A stretch of 59,241 nucleotides of DNA, filler included, from Ionaspis alba (GCA_964255285.1; 8 parts of 8 records of this genome joined end to end with filler, not necessarily neighbours in it); one strand, 5' to 3'. Shown: positions 11,416-23,576, counted from the first letter of the whole stretch. Notes: a model not told the origin generated them from the letters alone. Made by a program: numbers and translations.

Positions 11416-12739
11416 GAGCTCCGGCAAACACAAAGGGAAAACCCTTCAAACGTTTGCTTCCTGCATCCCACCTTCGAATAGCAACAATTCTTTCCCACAC
11501 ACCACAGCCAAACAATCTCTATTGTCTGCTACGCCGTAACACCGCCTTGGCTTGACTGCGAATATATCTACCGCCGCACCTACCCGCCACAGGCATCCAA
11601 TTGTTATCAGAGTGAGTCAATCCCCCTCGATTGCTCCAGCTGTACGAGAGAGAGGAAAGAGGCCCTTGTCTTGTCTGCACATTGCGGTGGCCGTGCTTCA
11701 GCACACTTTGGAGCTTGGTGGATTGCTTCGTCAACACCAAACTCCGTGCTACGATCTGTTGACTCATTGTGGGCAAGCTCGGCTGCCTGCAAAATCGATT
11801 TCGTCATATCCCCATTGTTTTGCTAAACAGCCTTGCTGCATTGCCTTCTTTCTTGCCTTCCTGGCCTGGATGGGTCATTCCATTGTGCCCTGCTGCAAGT
11901 TTCCATCTGCACTTTGGAACGCGGTACTTGAGCACTAGCGTATAGGGTGGAACATTGATCGTTCGAATGTAACGCTAATGTAGCATCAGACCCAACACAG
12001 CTCGCGGCGAACTGAACAGGCAAAAGAGGGCTCACCTAGTACAGAGGTTAGTCAGACTTTTCCCTTCGTGACTCTAAGTTTGGAGAACTGCTTGCATATG
12101 TATCTTCCTGGTCCTCGAGAAGATCAGAGCGAGGTTGACAAACAAAGTCTGCAACACCACCAGTCTCAAGATCTGACCAGGTTGGATCCTGGTGGAGGTG
12201 TGTTGAGTCTGTGTTAAGCTCGACTAGAAATATCTCGGTGTCGGCCTGTTTTTGTTCACTCTCTAATCTCAAGCTTCACTACTGTCTCTGTGAATCATCT
12301 AGATCTCGTTGCAGATCTTAAGGCAAATCTCACCACTTCTTGACGTCAGCCTTGCAACACTGTTCTTCTCCATCTCAAATCAGATCTTGCTAGCTATCTG
12401 ACACCACTCAAATCCATAAGGCTGACGTGATCCTTCTCTGCAGCCATCTCGAACCAATCATATCCAACACTAGCCTCTGTCAGCAAGCGTAAGCTTTCGG
12501 ACAACCAAGCAATTTGCGTTGCGGAAATAGCTTCCGTCGGGGATTGGTAGACGTCGGTATCCGTCAATCATCAATTCTCATTCGATCGAACACGCAGCCT
12601 TCTTATCACTCATCTGCTCTTATCAGCTCGTGAGTGGAAGCCTACAAAGGACGACAGAAGTTGAGGGTAGTTACGTTAGAGGGCCTTTGCTGCCCGTTGA
12701 TTAACACCTTTCAAACTACTACGAGAACCCGGAAAGGAA

Positions 12740-14799
12740 ATGCTAATATCTGGTAAGTCTCCGAGACCATTTCTCCACCATTTGTGCAAATGCTCCACTC
12801 CTCGGCGTTCGTCTCCGAATGCTCTTCAAAGATTGCACTACATTTGCTAGCATGCAGCCTACACCAAATATCCAACATGATTGTCCTGTCTGCTGACCTT
12901 CATTTTCATCTAGCTGAGAGATTTCCTGAACGTGCTTCCCCGCCTCTTATCGCCCAAGCAGGCAAAGACACATCGAAACACGACTTTGGTCTTAACACAA
13001 ACACAGACGAAGATTTGGATATCTTCAGCAGTGGTGGGATCATGACCGGGACGGGTGACTCTAGCCCTTTCATCAAAGACGAACCAGATGACTGGAACTT
13101 CAACTCGAACCACTTCATGAGTAATCAACACAACAACTACAACATGCAATCGAACCAAAACTACGATCAGCTGGCTCCAGGCAGCATTGATCCTTCGGAG
13201 CTTACCATGCAGAACGGTAGCTTTGGTCAATACGCATTCGGATCCCAGCAGAACCTTTCTTCGAGCTTCCACATGGGCAACTCTGGCATTGGAGACGACG
13301 AACTTCTAGACCTAGATCTCAATGATACATCGAAGAGTCATGGGCAGATGCATAACCAGGTCAATGGCGGAGGTCATGGACAACAAGACAATCGAAACAT
13401 GCATAATTTCCCTCGAGAACAGAACCAGCAAGGATTACAGAACAACCAGAACTATCATCAGCAACAAACGCACCAGATCTTCTCGAGCACTCCAGATGGC
13501 GCTCCGATTCAAAGCCCATTTATCCACAACAACTTCAACTACGGCCAATTCATGCCTCCACATCAACTCTCCCAACACGTCTCGCCATACATGCGTCCCG
13601 TCTCCGGAAACGGGCAAGTCGGATCCCACGAGAACAGCTTCATCAATAGGCAGATGCCGAATCTTTCACATGCGATGGATCGCAAAACATCCGATTCACG
13701 AAGCCCAATGACCCCCAAGACACCCGCACTAGGAGGGCTGAACCTCGGCGGTACACCCGACTCCGGCAACTTCCCCTCCCAGCCCATCCACACCAACAAC
13801 CTCGCTCAACACCGCCACCAAAAGAGCCTATCAGGCCAATGGGACAGCACGCCCGGTAGCCTCCACTCCTACGTCGACTCGCCCATCCAATCCCCCGGCC
13901 ACGCCAACCACGCCCAAATCTCCGAGATCCTCAAATCCGGCAAACACGCCTCGCTCCCCGCGAAAGTCGACACCGGCCACCACGGCAGCGGCGGGGCACC
14001 AGCCTACCAATCCCAAGAAGCGAAACGGCGTCGCCGCCGCGAATCCCACAACATGGTCGAACGCCGCCGCCGCGACAACATCAACGAGCGCATCCAAGAA
14101 CTCTCGCACCTCGTCCCCCAACACCGGCTCGAAGACGAAAAAGTCCGCAAACACCTCGCCAACAACTCCCCCCTCTCCCCCACCCTGGCCGCCACGGGTA
14201 TGTCCCCACCCCAAGCAACCTCCCTCCTGGCCGGCGGCGGCCGGCGTGCCACTGGGGCGGGGAACATCACGATGGGGATCCCGATCGAGGAGAAGGACAA
14301 GGGCCCCAACAAGGGGGATATTTTGAACGGCTCCGTGGGCTGGACCCGCGATCTCATGTGGGCGCTGCACATCAAGTTGCAGCAGGAGTCGGAGCTGGCG
14401 GAGTACATCGCGGGACTTGGGGGCACGTTCCCTTTCGAGGAGACGGAGGATGAGAAGCGCATGCGCACGGAGCTGTTGGATGCCATTGAGAGGAACGATG
14501 TGAGCAGTTTCGAGTATACGCGTACGCATGGCTCGGGCTTGCGCGTGCCGAAACATACGAATGTGGCCGGGGAGCCGTTGGTTGCTGGGGGTAAGGGTGG
14601 GAGTAAGGGCGGGATGGCAGGGATGGGCAGGGGGGCTTTGTCGCCCCAGAGTTTGAGGCCCGGCGTTCAGTCTGGGGGCAGTGGGGCGAATAGTGGGGGG
14701 GTCGGTCAGCCGGGTTTTTGGGGTCAGCCGCAGGGCCCGGGTGGAAGTGGGAGGGCGAGCTTGAGCTTTACGAAGGAGGAGGATGAGTATGGGATGGAG
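12740..14799 (+). CDS. bHLH transcription factor, Rtg3/MiT-TFE-like; last few codons cut by the scaffold end. Start is either 12740 (mini-exon 12740-12752, intron 12753-12913) or 13042
   Basis: Basic region RRRRRESHNMVERRRRDNINERIQELSHLVP, a long loop, then helix 2 PNKGDILNGSVGWTRDL, preceded by a Q/N-rich activation region. A GTAAGT..CTGAC..TAG intron joins ATG 12740 in frame. Confidence 0.88.
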
Positions 14800-14899
14800 N
14801 NNNNNNNNNNNNNNNNNNNNNNNNNNNNNNNNNNNNNNNNNNNTTAATTAATTAANNNNNNNNNNNNNNNNNNNNNNNNNNNNNNNNNNNNNNNNNNNN

Positions 14900-15624
14900 G
14901 GTGGGGGCGGGGGATAGGAGGAGGAGGTCGCGGCGGAGATCGAAGGGGAGGTTGCGGAGTGTCGGACGAGGTTTACTTCTTTGGTGCCGTCAGCGGACCA
15001 AAGGTCGACGGTGAGGATGTAGTAGGAGGTGTCGATTTCACTGTGGGTGGGGTGGAGAGCGGTTAGTGAGTAGTTTCTGTGAGGGTGGGTAGGCGTTTGG
15101 AGGTGGGGTGATGAGGGAATGGAATGGGCGGTGTATGTACTGACTTAATGTCTATTTCTTTGTTGGTTGTGGCATCTCGGACAATGAGTCTGATGCATGG
15201 AGGTGGCGTTATAGGTCGTCGATCCTGTAGGCAACCGGACGTTTTAGTCCATATTCTTTGCCATCTTCCTACTACTCTCTCGAGGGCTTGGACAGCATGT
15301 CTCTCGTACCTTGTCTCCGAAGCCGCACATACGAGCTCGAATGGGTTGTTGAACGACTTCCAGGCTGCACAGAAAGAAGTTTCGTCAACTAAAGTCCTTA
15401 TCCCACGGGAACCCTTTTCTTACACACCTGTATATCCTATTGTTCTCCATGGTCGTCGTACTCGGCGGTTCCTGAGTGGAATGTGGTAGATTAGGCAGTA
15501 CCGAACCAGCAGTCGACGAAGAAGCAGAAGCAGAATAGGGAGCAGATCGTTGAGGAGGGAGACGATCCATAGATAAAGGCGGAGGAGGTACATGGGGATG
15601 CGGTCGTTCCTGCGCAACGTACAT
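14900..15624 (-). CDS. velB: Velvet complex subunit B, 3'-partial; exons 15624-15428, 15364-15310, 15224-15145, 15040-14900
   Basis: The spliced product MYVAQERPHPHVPPPPLSMDRLPP...RIYSLEVVQQPIRARMCGFGDKDRRPITPPPCIRLIVRDATTNKEIDINEIDTSYYILTVDLWSADGTKEVNLVRHSATSPSIS closely follows Aspergillus VelB. Three canonical introns keep the frame. Confidence 0.93.
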
Positions 15625-17871
15625 GATTGGCCGCAAACCCAAAAAGGAAGAGCGTATTTATTTCCGTGGTTCGGGGCACGGGCGATGGAGATCTATTTTG
15701 CTGAAACCGGAGCTTGGGTGAAGCTGAACCAAGGTTGTGGATGGAATAAGCTCCGCCCTGGTGGGCTGCGGCGATGGGATGGAGGCACGATCGAAGATGT
15801 GGATATGCAGGATGATGGGATTCCCGCGCGGAGAGTGCAAGTGATGTACTTCTGGAAAGAGAGATGGGGAAATTTGGCGAATGAGTGGGCCGTTTCAAAA
15901 CGTGCTGGTTTGAGGGAGGCCAGCGCTTGCTATGCGCCTCGAGGTGCAGAGCGGTAAGACTTTCGTCAGAGGAGACCTTTTGGGTTGGCTCATTGGAGTT
16001 ATAGATAGAATGATAATCAATCCATTCTGCTCCGGACTTTCAAGGTCCTGGGTGACTCTTCTCCAAATTCTGTGATTTTTGGAGGGGCAAAGCAAACAAA
16101 ATCATGTTTATTTCTAAGAATGATCGGCAGTTGCTATATATTGTGCTGCGATTTTTGGTGGCAGCAGATGATGATGATGAACGAGGGAGTGTGTGTGTAG
16201 TGGTGGCAGCGGTGCCTGGGGGCTACGGAGCTGAATGGCTACCGCGGAGAGCAGCCGAACCGACATGCCGGGACGCACGGGTCGGAACTACAAGCTGCAT
16301 TGATTTATTCCTGTCAACTAAAGGGCTCGATTTAGCGGCCGCTGGAAGCCTTTTTAGGGGCTGGACATGATAGGACTTCAGGCGACTTCAGGGGGGCCAG
16401 GCCAGTGCAGGAGGAAGCTTTCCTAGAGGTCCAGTAATTATTTGACTTCGGAGGATCGTACAAAAGCGTATCCTTACCTGAGATGCTTTGTTCTGCATGT
16501 GCAGCATACAGCATCTCTCGATACTTTCTCTCCAAGGTCTTGTGAGCTCCTCATCATCCTGATATGTGCATTATCATTCAACCCCACTTTCATCCCCTCT
16601 TCTCTGTTCGCCATTTGCCTGCCTGGCAGGCTGCCATGCGGCCCCCCAATTTGTGGCACCGGATTCCAGGTCGAGAAGTCGGCCAGTCAAGGCACTGCAA
16701 CAGCTAATCTGAGCAAAGATTAAGAAGAACTATGCCATCATCGTCCTGCTCCTCAGCACCCTGCATGTCAAAAGGATCATCCCGCCCCCTCCTTACCTAT
16801 GCCCTAGCAAGCTTCTTGATCTTCTCTCAACCAACAAGAAATCCATATAAATAGCGCGGACCTGAACGAAAAAAACTCAATAATTAGATGGCAGGTGGCC
16901 ACGGGATTGCCCATGTCCTTTCGGCAGCTTAATGATCCTCCCACTCCTCCATCTCTCCAATTGCTCCTTTCCCCTTTCCCTTGCTCTGGCTTGCTTGCTC
17001 GTGCTGCTGCTGCTGCTGTCCGTGACATGATTGTCGATCCTTCCCGGCGCACCCACGGACCATGATCGCTGCTTCTGGTAGGTCCTTGCTATACTTACCA
17101 ATGCTAGGATAATATCTCAGAAGCCAGTGTTACGGACAACTCCACGGTCGACAGCTACCAGGAATAACAACACCAACACGGCGATCCCTCGAAGTCGTCG
17201 ACGATCACTTTGACAGGTTGACAATCTCCCACTATGTCATACCGAGACCCGCTCGGGTCCCTTCCACAGACTTTGTGGCGGTCCGCCTTTTCTGCAGCCA
17301 TCAACGAGTTTGGCTGAGAGGATGCGCGACGCTGTGTCTCGACGTATCGCCGATGGACAGAAGAACAACCTGCGTATGCAGTCGTAGGAAAGCTTAAGCT
17401 TCAACGCATGGCCGAGGCAGATCAGCGGCTGATGGCCCGACACCTACATACCACGGACTACTAGCTGCCATGCAACGGTCCCGCAGAACGCTTTTTCCTG
17501 CAGATTCTTACACTCCTGCATATACATGTATCCCTTTCACACTTTAACTGACTTTGCACAAGTTCATTTCAACCTTTGGAACAGCCCGTGCATACTAATC
17601 TCATACCTCAAAAACCTAAAGGCAAGGTATGCTGTCTAAGATGACTTGCATTTGCATGAGCTATTTCATGTGGCANNNNNNNNNNNNNNNNNNNNNNNNN
17701 NNNNNNNNNNNNNNNNNNNNNNNNNNNNNNNNNNNNNNNNNNNNNNNNNNNNNNNNNNNNNNNNNNNNNNNNNNNGGCAAGGTATGCTGTCTAAGATGAC
17801 TTGCATTTGCATGAGCTATTTCATGTGGCAAAGGGAAAATCTGCTCACGCCATCGTGATCCCCTACAGCAC

Positions 17872-20800
17872 TTACTTTTCTGCACTTGAAGGTTCTGGCT
17901 TGGGGGCAGCTGACTGCGCAGTGCCTGTAAGGGCAGCAGCAGAAGAAGCAGGGGCAGGAACATTGTCGCGTGCTTCGGACTCCGAACCAAGTTCCACAGT
18001 ATCACGTGCCCGATCCAGACCCAGCCCAGCCTCCTCGTGGAACCTAGGTTCCACACCAGTAGCAGCAGTCCCATCGTCCCAGGCATACGGCGTCTGCTCA
18101 ACTGAGGCACTCCCATTATTTCTGGTTCCCAAAATCTCGTGGACCTTCTTCGCCACAGTCCCCTTCTCCATCTCCTCTTCCCTCCTAACCTCCTCTTCCC
18201 AATCCTCCACCACCTCCGCCGTTTCCACTGCCTCCCTTTCCTTCTCCTCCTTCTTCCTCTTCGCATCCTTCAACTTACTCCCCAGCACCGTAAAACTGCT
18301 CTTGCCTCCCACAGCCAGCTGTCTCGGCGCTGAGCGAGGGCCGACCGCCGCTTTAGCAGCAACCTGACTCCAGCCGCCGGAGGTAGCCGTAACATCACTT
18401 TCGCGGCGTTGGATGTTGAGAGACGGGTCGAGGGTACAGAGATGGATTGCGGAAGCGAGGTGCTTTGTGCTGATGGTGGATGATAGGGAGGATTTGAGGG
18501 CTTTGAGAGATGCTTCGATGGAGACGGCGGAGATGGTGGAGGGGGGGGAGACAGGGTGCGCTTTGATGACGATTTCTTCGCTTGGGAGAAAGGAAATGGT
18601 GAAGGTGAGAAAAGGGGTGGTTTCGAAGATGGCTTGGAGCTCGTGGCGTAGCTCCTCCAACGTGAGTGCGAATTTTGGACCCGTCAGGAGAAAGCCGTTA
18701 AAGGGCTCGTTGCTTGCTGCTTTTTTCTGGGCTTCGGAGAAGCTAAGAGCGTTGGTAGCCTCGATTGCGGCGTTCTTGATTCGTAGGCATTCTTTGAGTG
18801 TTTTCATAGGTGCCATGACGAATCGAGGGGTTTTGAATACAAACACGTGTCGATGCGGTTCGGGATCCATGCTTTCGCTATCGAAGCCGAAATCTTCAGC
18901 TAAGGAATGGATGAAAGCCCGTTGATGTGGTGGCATGGGCTTGAATCGAAGCCGCTTTTCTGCCTCATCGGCCGCAAAGACGCGGAATTCTCGTTCCTGC
19001 GTTTGAGCCCATTTGATAGACTCTTGAAACTGTTGGAGAGTAGTTAAAGAGTAAGGGATATGATCGTCCTTGTGTGTAGCAGGATCAATATTGAGCGCAA
19101 GAGCAAGTTTTCGATTTCGTTCCAGACGCGCACATTCGTCATCACATTTGAGGGTCTTCTTACTGTTCCCTTCGCTAGTCTTCGATGCATTGCATCTAGT
19201 TTCGGTCTTGAGATGCTGACAGTCACAAGTGATGAGCATCTTGTTCTGACAAGGCTTGTCCTCCCGACAGGACGAAGGAGCATGGCAGGTTTCCTCGCAA
19301 GGATGACCGCAAGACCTCTTGCCTTTCCCACATAGCTGCTGGCAAGCTTTTCCTGCATCCTCACACTCACCGGTTCGATGACACTGCTTCCGGCAGAAGT
19401 GAGAGCCGCACTTGAGCTTCCGGCCACAGATCTCGCCACAGCGAACATCTGCTAGCCAGCATGGCTGGTTCTTCAGAGTCTTCTTCTCGCACATGCACGC
19501 CTTCTCCGTAAGGAAAGGACACTTAGGGCACGATTCTTCATCTCCATGACAATTGTGTGGAATCTGAGGATGTCCGCAAATCTTCGCTCGGTTGCATTCG
19601 TATCTGCATGGAGGTGGGCCCGTGCCACATGGTAAAGGAGGTTGAAGTACAGTCCGTCCACAATGGCAGCTAGTCTCCTCGAAGATCGCTTCTCGACAGC
19701 TGTTGCAAGGTCCTTTGTGACAAAGTTCAGGACAAGTATGATTGCCACACTTCAAGGCCCTTCCACACAGCCGTGTGCATATGTGCTCGGCTTCGAATCC
19801 TTCATCAAGAACTCTGGGAGTGCCACCTAGAGGTCGAAGTTTGCGTTTCAAGAGCAGTCTCTCAGTCGCCTTCCGCTCTCCTTGACAGCACCTTTCCCCG
19901 CATTCGTGTCGTCCGCAGTTCAATGTGGCCTTGCAAAGTCGCATACACTGAGGTGGCTCTTCCGTACCCTGATGACATACGGTCGGAGAAGTCGTTCTGC
20001 CACATTTGCAGCTGATAGTCATTGTTTCAAGACATGGCATACACGCTCCGGAGTGGCATAGTTGCTGACATGGATGACCGCATGGTAATGTCTTCAAGCA
20101 AGCTTTCTGGCAGTTTGGAATTGGATCTTCACATTTCGTACGAGGTTCCTTGGATATCTGTGACAATGGCGTCTTTCCACAAGGACAATTGTAGACAACA
20201 TCTGGAGACCTTGGACAGTGCGAAAGCTCAGCTTCTTGTGGGTGGCATTGCTGCTCGCACGCATGCTTTCCACATTCAAACGACCTCTGGCATATGTTTC
20301 CGCAGTCGAAAATTCCAGTCCACGAATCCACGGATTTCTTGCCCTCTTCATCGTGCGAAACCATTCTGCTGACTTTCTCGTCGCCTCGCTCACAGCATAT
20401 GATAGGTTTCGCATCCTTGCCGCAATAACAGCGCCCATCAATTCTAATTTCGCAAGCGCCACAAAGTCCTTCGTGACAAGGTCGGTCACAATTATGTTCT
20501 CCACAGGGCATTAAATCGCCACAGATCTCCCCACAGCTCCATCCAGTATCGTAATTGGTGTCTACGCATCTCCTTGAGGTAGATCTCTTGCCGCAGAAAC
20601 AGCTTTGGGTAGGTCCAATGTGTGAACATGGAGGACATGGACCAGCATGACATAACAGTTCACAAGGATGGGGGCACTTTTTCGGCAGAATCCTGTGCTT
20701 TCCACAGGTTTGTCCGCAAGAGTGGGGCGGGATCCCATAGATCTGGCGCGGGTCCAGCTCTTTCTCACACCAGCACGTATAGTTCGAGGGTAGCGTATCC

Positions 20801-21717
20801 TTTGGTAAATTGCAGCCCGGACATCTCCATTGTCTCGGTGGCGGTAGATCTCCGTCCTCGAGCTGTCGCTGAGCCAATGCTGATCCTTCATTCTCGGACC
20901 ACTTCTTAATGCACCCAAGATGAAATACTGTCCAACATGTCTTGCAAGACCAGACTTTAGAACTTCGGGCTATCTCAGCTGTGCAGATGGGACACTCGTA
21001 GATGCCATTGGCAATGTCTTCGTGGGTACGAGTGGCTATGTCCGGAGCAGTGGATTTGAGGCTCGAGCCTCGCCTCATCCTCGGTATCTGAGGCTGGGCC
21101 GGAAGTTTGTTTTGCGGTATTGTCTTCCGAGCTCGATTGTGCGACGGTCGTGGCTTATGCGGTTGCCCAGGCCGAAATTCTGGGGCGTCGGGCTGTAGTG
21201 TAGAGACCGAGGATGTGATTCCGTCCCCAGCAGAATCGTTGTGGTTCGTCAACCTCACTCCAAATTCTCTTCTCGACCCGTGCATCACGTGGTAGGCTTG
21301 CGGCGCCTTCTGCTCTTGGATAGTCTGAGCTCCCCGATCTCCATGAAGTCCTCCTTTTGCTTCGCCATCCTGTCTCTGCCCTTGGTTTCGAAGTGTACCA
21401 CCTCGCCCGCCTCCTCTACCTCGAGGGGCTTTCGGCCTACGGGACGATGAGTCGTTACTTTCTGCAGCTGAATGTTCTGTGCTCGAGGGTTCTGCAGGTG
21501 GAATTTGAGAGCTTGGTGGAATGGAAGCCGGCCTCAAGGCTAGAACCGGATCCTTTGGTGGCAGATTTTGGGTTGTGGCTGAGGAAGAAGAAGCTCTTTG
21601 CTCGTGCTGGGTATGGCTGTGGCCGCCACCACGCGGTCGTCTAAGCCGTTGAGTCGAACGCGGAGTCTGGTCTGGCGGCTGAGCAAAGTGTACCGGTGCT
21701 GGATTAGAGGAATCCAT
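17872..21717 (-). CDS. FAP1: NF-X1 zinc-finger/R3H protein (FKBP12-associated protein 1, shuttle craft-like)
   Basis: Intronless ORF with a RING/PHD-like finger (YECPIC..WSCKTCWTVFHLGCIKKW..WRCPGC), multiple NF-X1 repeats (CGxHxCxxxCHxGxCxxC) and an R3H domain (FKPMPPHQRAFIHSLAEDFG). First ATG is at 21717. Confidence 0.93.
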   Translation of the reverse strand: MDSSNPAPVHFAQPPDQTPRSTQRLRRPRGGGHSHTQHEQRASSSSATTQNLPPKDPVLALRPASIPPSSQIPPAEPSSTEHSAAESNDSSSRRPKAPRGRGGGRGGTLRNQGQRQDGEAKGGLHGDRGAQTIQEQKAPQAYHVMHGSRREFGVRLTNHNDSAGDGITSSVSTLQPDAPEFRPGQPHKPRPSHNRARKTIPQNKLPAQPQIPRMRRGSSLKSTAPDIATRTHEDIANGIYECPICTAEIARSSKVWSCKTCWTVFHLGCIKKWSENEGSALAQRQLEDGDLPPPRQWRCPGCNLPKDTLPSNYTCWCEKELDPRQIYGIPPHSCGQTCGKHRILPKKCPHPCELLCHAGPCPPCSHIGPTQSCFCGKRSTSRRCVDTNYDTGWSCGEICGDLMPCGEHNCDRPCHEGLCGACEIRIDGRCYCGKDAKPIICCERGDEKVSRMVSHDEEGKKSVDSWTGIFDCGNICQRSFECGKHACEQQCHPQEAELSHCPRSPDVVYNCPCGKTPLSQISKEPRTKCEDPIPNCQKACLKTLPCGHPCQQLCHSGACMPCLETMTISCKCGRTTSPTVCHQGTEEPPQCMRLCKATLNCGRHECGERCCQGERKATERLLLKRKLRPLGGTPRVLDEGFEAEHICTRLCGRALKCGNHTCPELCHKGPCNSCREAIFEETSCHCGRTVLQPPLPCGTGPPPCRYECNRAKICGHPQIPHNCHGDEESCPKCPFLTEKACMCEKKTLKNQPCWLADVRCGEICGRKLKCGSHFCRKQCHRTGECEDAGKACQQLCGKGKRSCGHPCEETCHAPSSCREDKPCQNKMLITCDCQHLKTETRCNASKTSEGNSKKTLKCDDECARLERNRKLALALNIDPATHKDDHIPYSLTTLQQFQESIKWAQTQEREFRVFAADEAEKRLRFKPMPPHQRAFIHSLAEDFGFDSESMDPEPHRHVFVFKTPRFVMAPMKTLKECLRIKNAAIEATNALSFSEAQKKAASNEPFNGFLLTGPKFALTLEELRHELQAIFETTPFLTFTISFLPSEEIVIKAHPVSPPSTISAVSIEASLKALKSSLSSTISTKHLASAIHLCTLDPSLNIQRRESDVTATSGGWSQVAAKAAVGPRSAPRQLAVGGKSSFTVLGSKLKDAKRKKEEKEREAVETAEVVEDWEEEVRREEEMEKGTVAKKVHEILGTRNNGSASVEQTPYAWDDGTAATGVEPRFHEEAGLGLDRARDTVELGSESEARDNVPAPASSAAALTGTAQSAAPKPEPSSAEK

Positions 21718-22321
21718 GGTCAAAGTAAAGATGAAATTGGTCCTGAGAAATGGTTCCTAGGCTTTTCGGGCAATTCTGGGCAGACACTCCAGAAACCACA
21801 AACTGCTACAGAACAACGCTGTGACCGAGAGAGTAACAGTAGGAACAGATTGCCTCAGCCGAATCGCAAGAAAAAATATTTGTGGTGTGGAAGTTGATAG
21901 AAGGAAAGTGGCAATAAATGCGGGCTGATAGACAGAGAATCTTTCGGGCAAACCGTGACGACAATCAACGAGCTTACCCCACTAGAAAAGATTCCATTCA
22001 ATTCATTGTTGATGAGTCAAAGCTCGTCTTACAATCACTACTAGACGAGGAGGCTATCAAACATGACTTTAACCGAACTCCATGCTTGATGTGTCACGTT
22101 AGTGCTAGCGGAAGTGCTTCACATTATTGTATGACTCTTTTCTCGAGTACTTGGCGGGGCGGCTGGCCTCGGATTGCAGCTCAATGATGAGAGCTGCTCT
22201 AAACCGATGGCGACAAATCGTNNNNNNNNNNNNNNNNNNNNNNNNNNNNNNNNNNNNNNNNNNNNTTAATTAATTAANNNNNNNNNNNNNNNNNNNNNNN
22301 NNNNNNNNNNNNNNNNNNNNN

Positions 22322-23576
22322 CCGAAACCCAACCCCCCGTCCTAATGCAACTGCCCTTCCTGCGCTGCCTAATCATGGGCCGAGCAAGCGTCGCCGTCTT
22401 CGCCATCCTCTCAGGTTACGTCAACGCCCTCAAACCTACAAAGCAAACCCGCGCGGGCCAAACCGACGCCGCCCTCTCCGGCATCGCGAAAAGCGCTTTT
22501 CGCCGCACAGGGCGCTTCATGATCCCCGCGATCGTGGCCACGACGGCGAGTTGGCTGGTGTGTCAGTTCGGCGCGTACAGGCTCGCGCATTTGGTGGATT
22601 CGGCCTGGATAAGGGATACGAGTCCCGTGCCCAGTGCGTCGTTTGCGGCGGCGTTTGCGGATCTGGGGAGGAATTTGGTCAGTACGTGGACGGATGGCGG
22701 GAATGAATATGATCGGATACAGTGGACGTTGTGTTTTTTGCTGAGGGGGTCGATGCTGGTTTATTTGACGCTGGTGGCGACGGTGTTTGTGCGGCCGAGG
22801 TGGAGGATGGGGTTGTTTTTGGCGATGTATTTTTATTATTGGAAGATTGGTGACGGTAGGTGGACTTCTTCTTTCCCCCTTCCAACCCTACCGTGCTGAT
22901 CCATGCTCGATTCGCAGCCGTCATTGGAATAAACATCTACTTCGGCCTCCTCCTCTGCGAACTCCACTCCTCCTCGAGCACGCAATCCTACACCAGTCGC
23001 TTCCCACACCTCACGAATCTCATCTCCACCCTCCTCATCATCCTATCCTTCTATTTCATCTCCTACCCCGAAGAAAACCCCGAATGGGCGCGTTGGTCCA
23101 ACGGCCTCCTCTCCCTAGGCCACCACATCTTCCCCGAAGGTTCCGAATTTGCCCGCTTCTACCCCGGTATTGGCGCAGATCTCTTGACGCTTGGAGTATC
23201 TTTCAATGACCCCGCGAAAAGATTGCTCAGTCAGCCCAAACTCTGCTGGCTGGGAAAGATGAGCTTCGCGGTTTACTTGCTGCATGCGCCGCTGATTAGG
23301 ACGTTGTTGACGTGGATGCTTTATGCGTGGAGTCCGAGACCGGTGGATCCGGGGGTTGATGAGCAGGGGCAGGTGAGGTTGCCTGAGTGGTGGGTTGAGG
23401 TTGGGGGAAAGTGGGTTGTGTTGGTTGCTATTCCCGTGTTTTATGTCGCGCTTTATAGGATTGCGCAGCTGTGGGTGAAGTTTGTGGATCCGTGGTGTGC
23501 GAGGTGTACGAATTGGATTGAGGAGGTTGTTTGTGCGGAGGAGGGGAGGGGGGAGAAGAGCTTGCTTTTGCAGTGA
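22322..23576 (+). CDS. Acyltransferase family 3 membrane protein, 5'-partial; intron 22856-22917
   Basis: Motifs GRASVAVFAILSGYV, SAFRRTGRFMIP, QWTL and WLGKMSFAVYLLH; multiple TM segments; GTAGGT..CTGAT..CAG intron in frame. Confidence 0.85.

Noticed and set aside
13831..14556. Long antisense ORFs over real genes (also 46173-47111 and 18413-18925)
   Set aside because: Shadow ORFs caused by GC-rich codon bias on the opposite strand.
17621..17830. 55-bp direct repeat flanking a 100-N gap
   Set aside because: An exact overlap on both sides of a scaffolding gap is an assembler k-mer overlap artefact, not an LTR or TSD.
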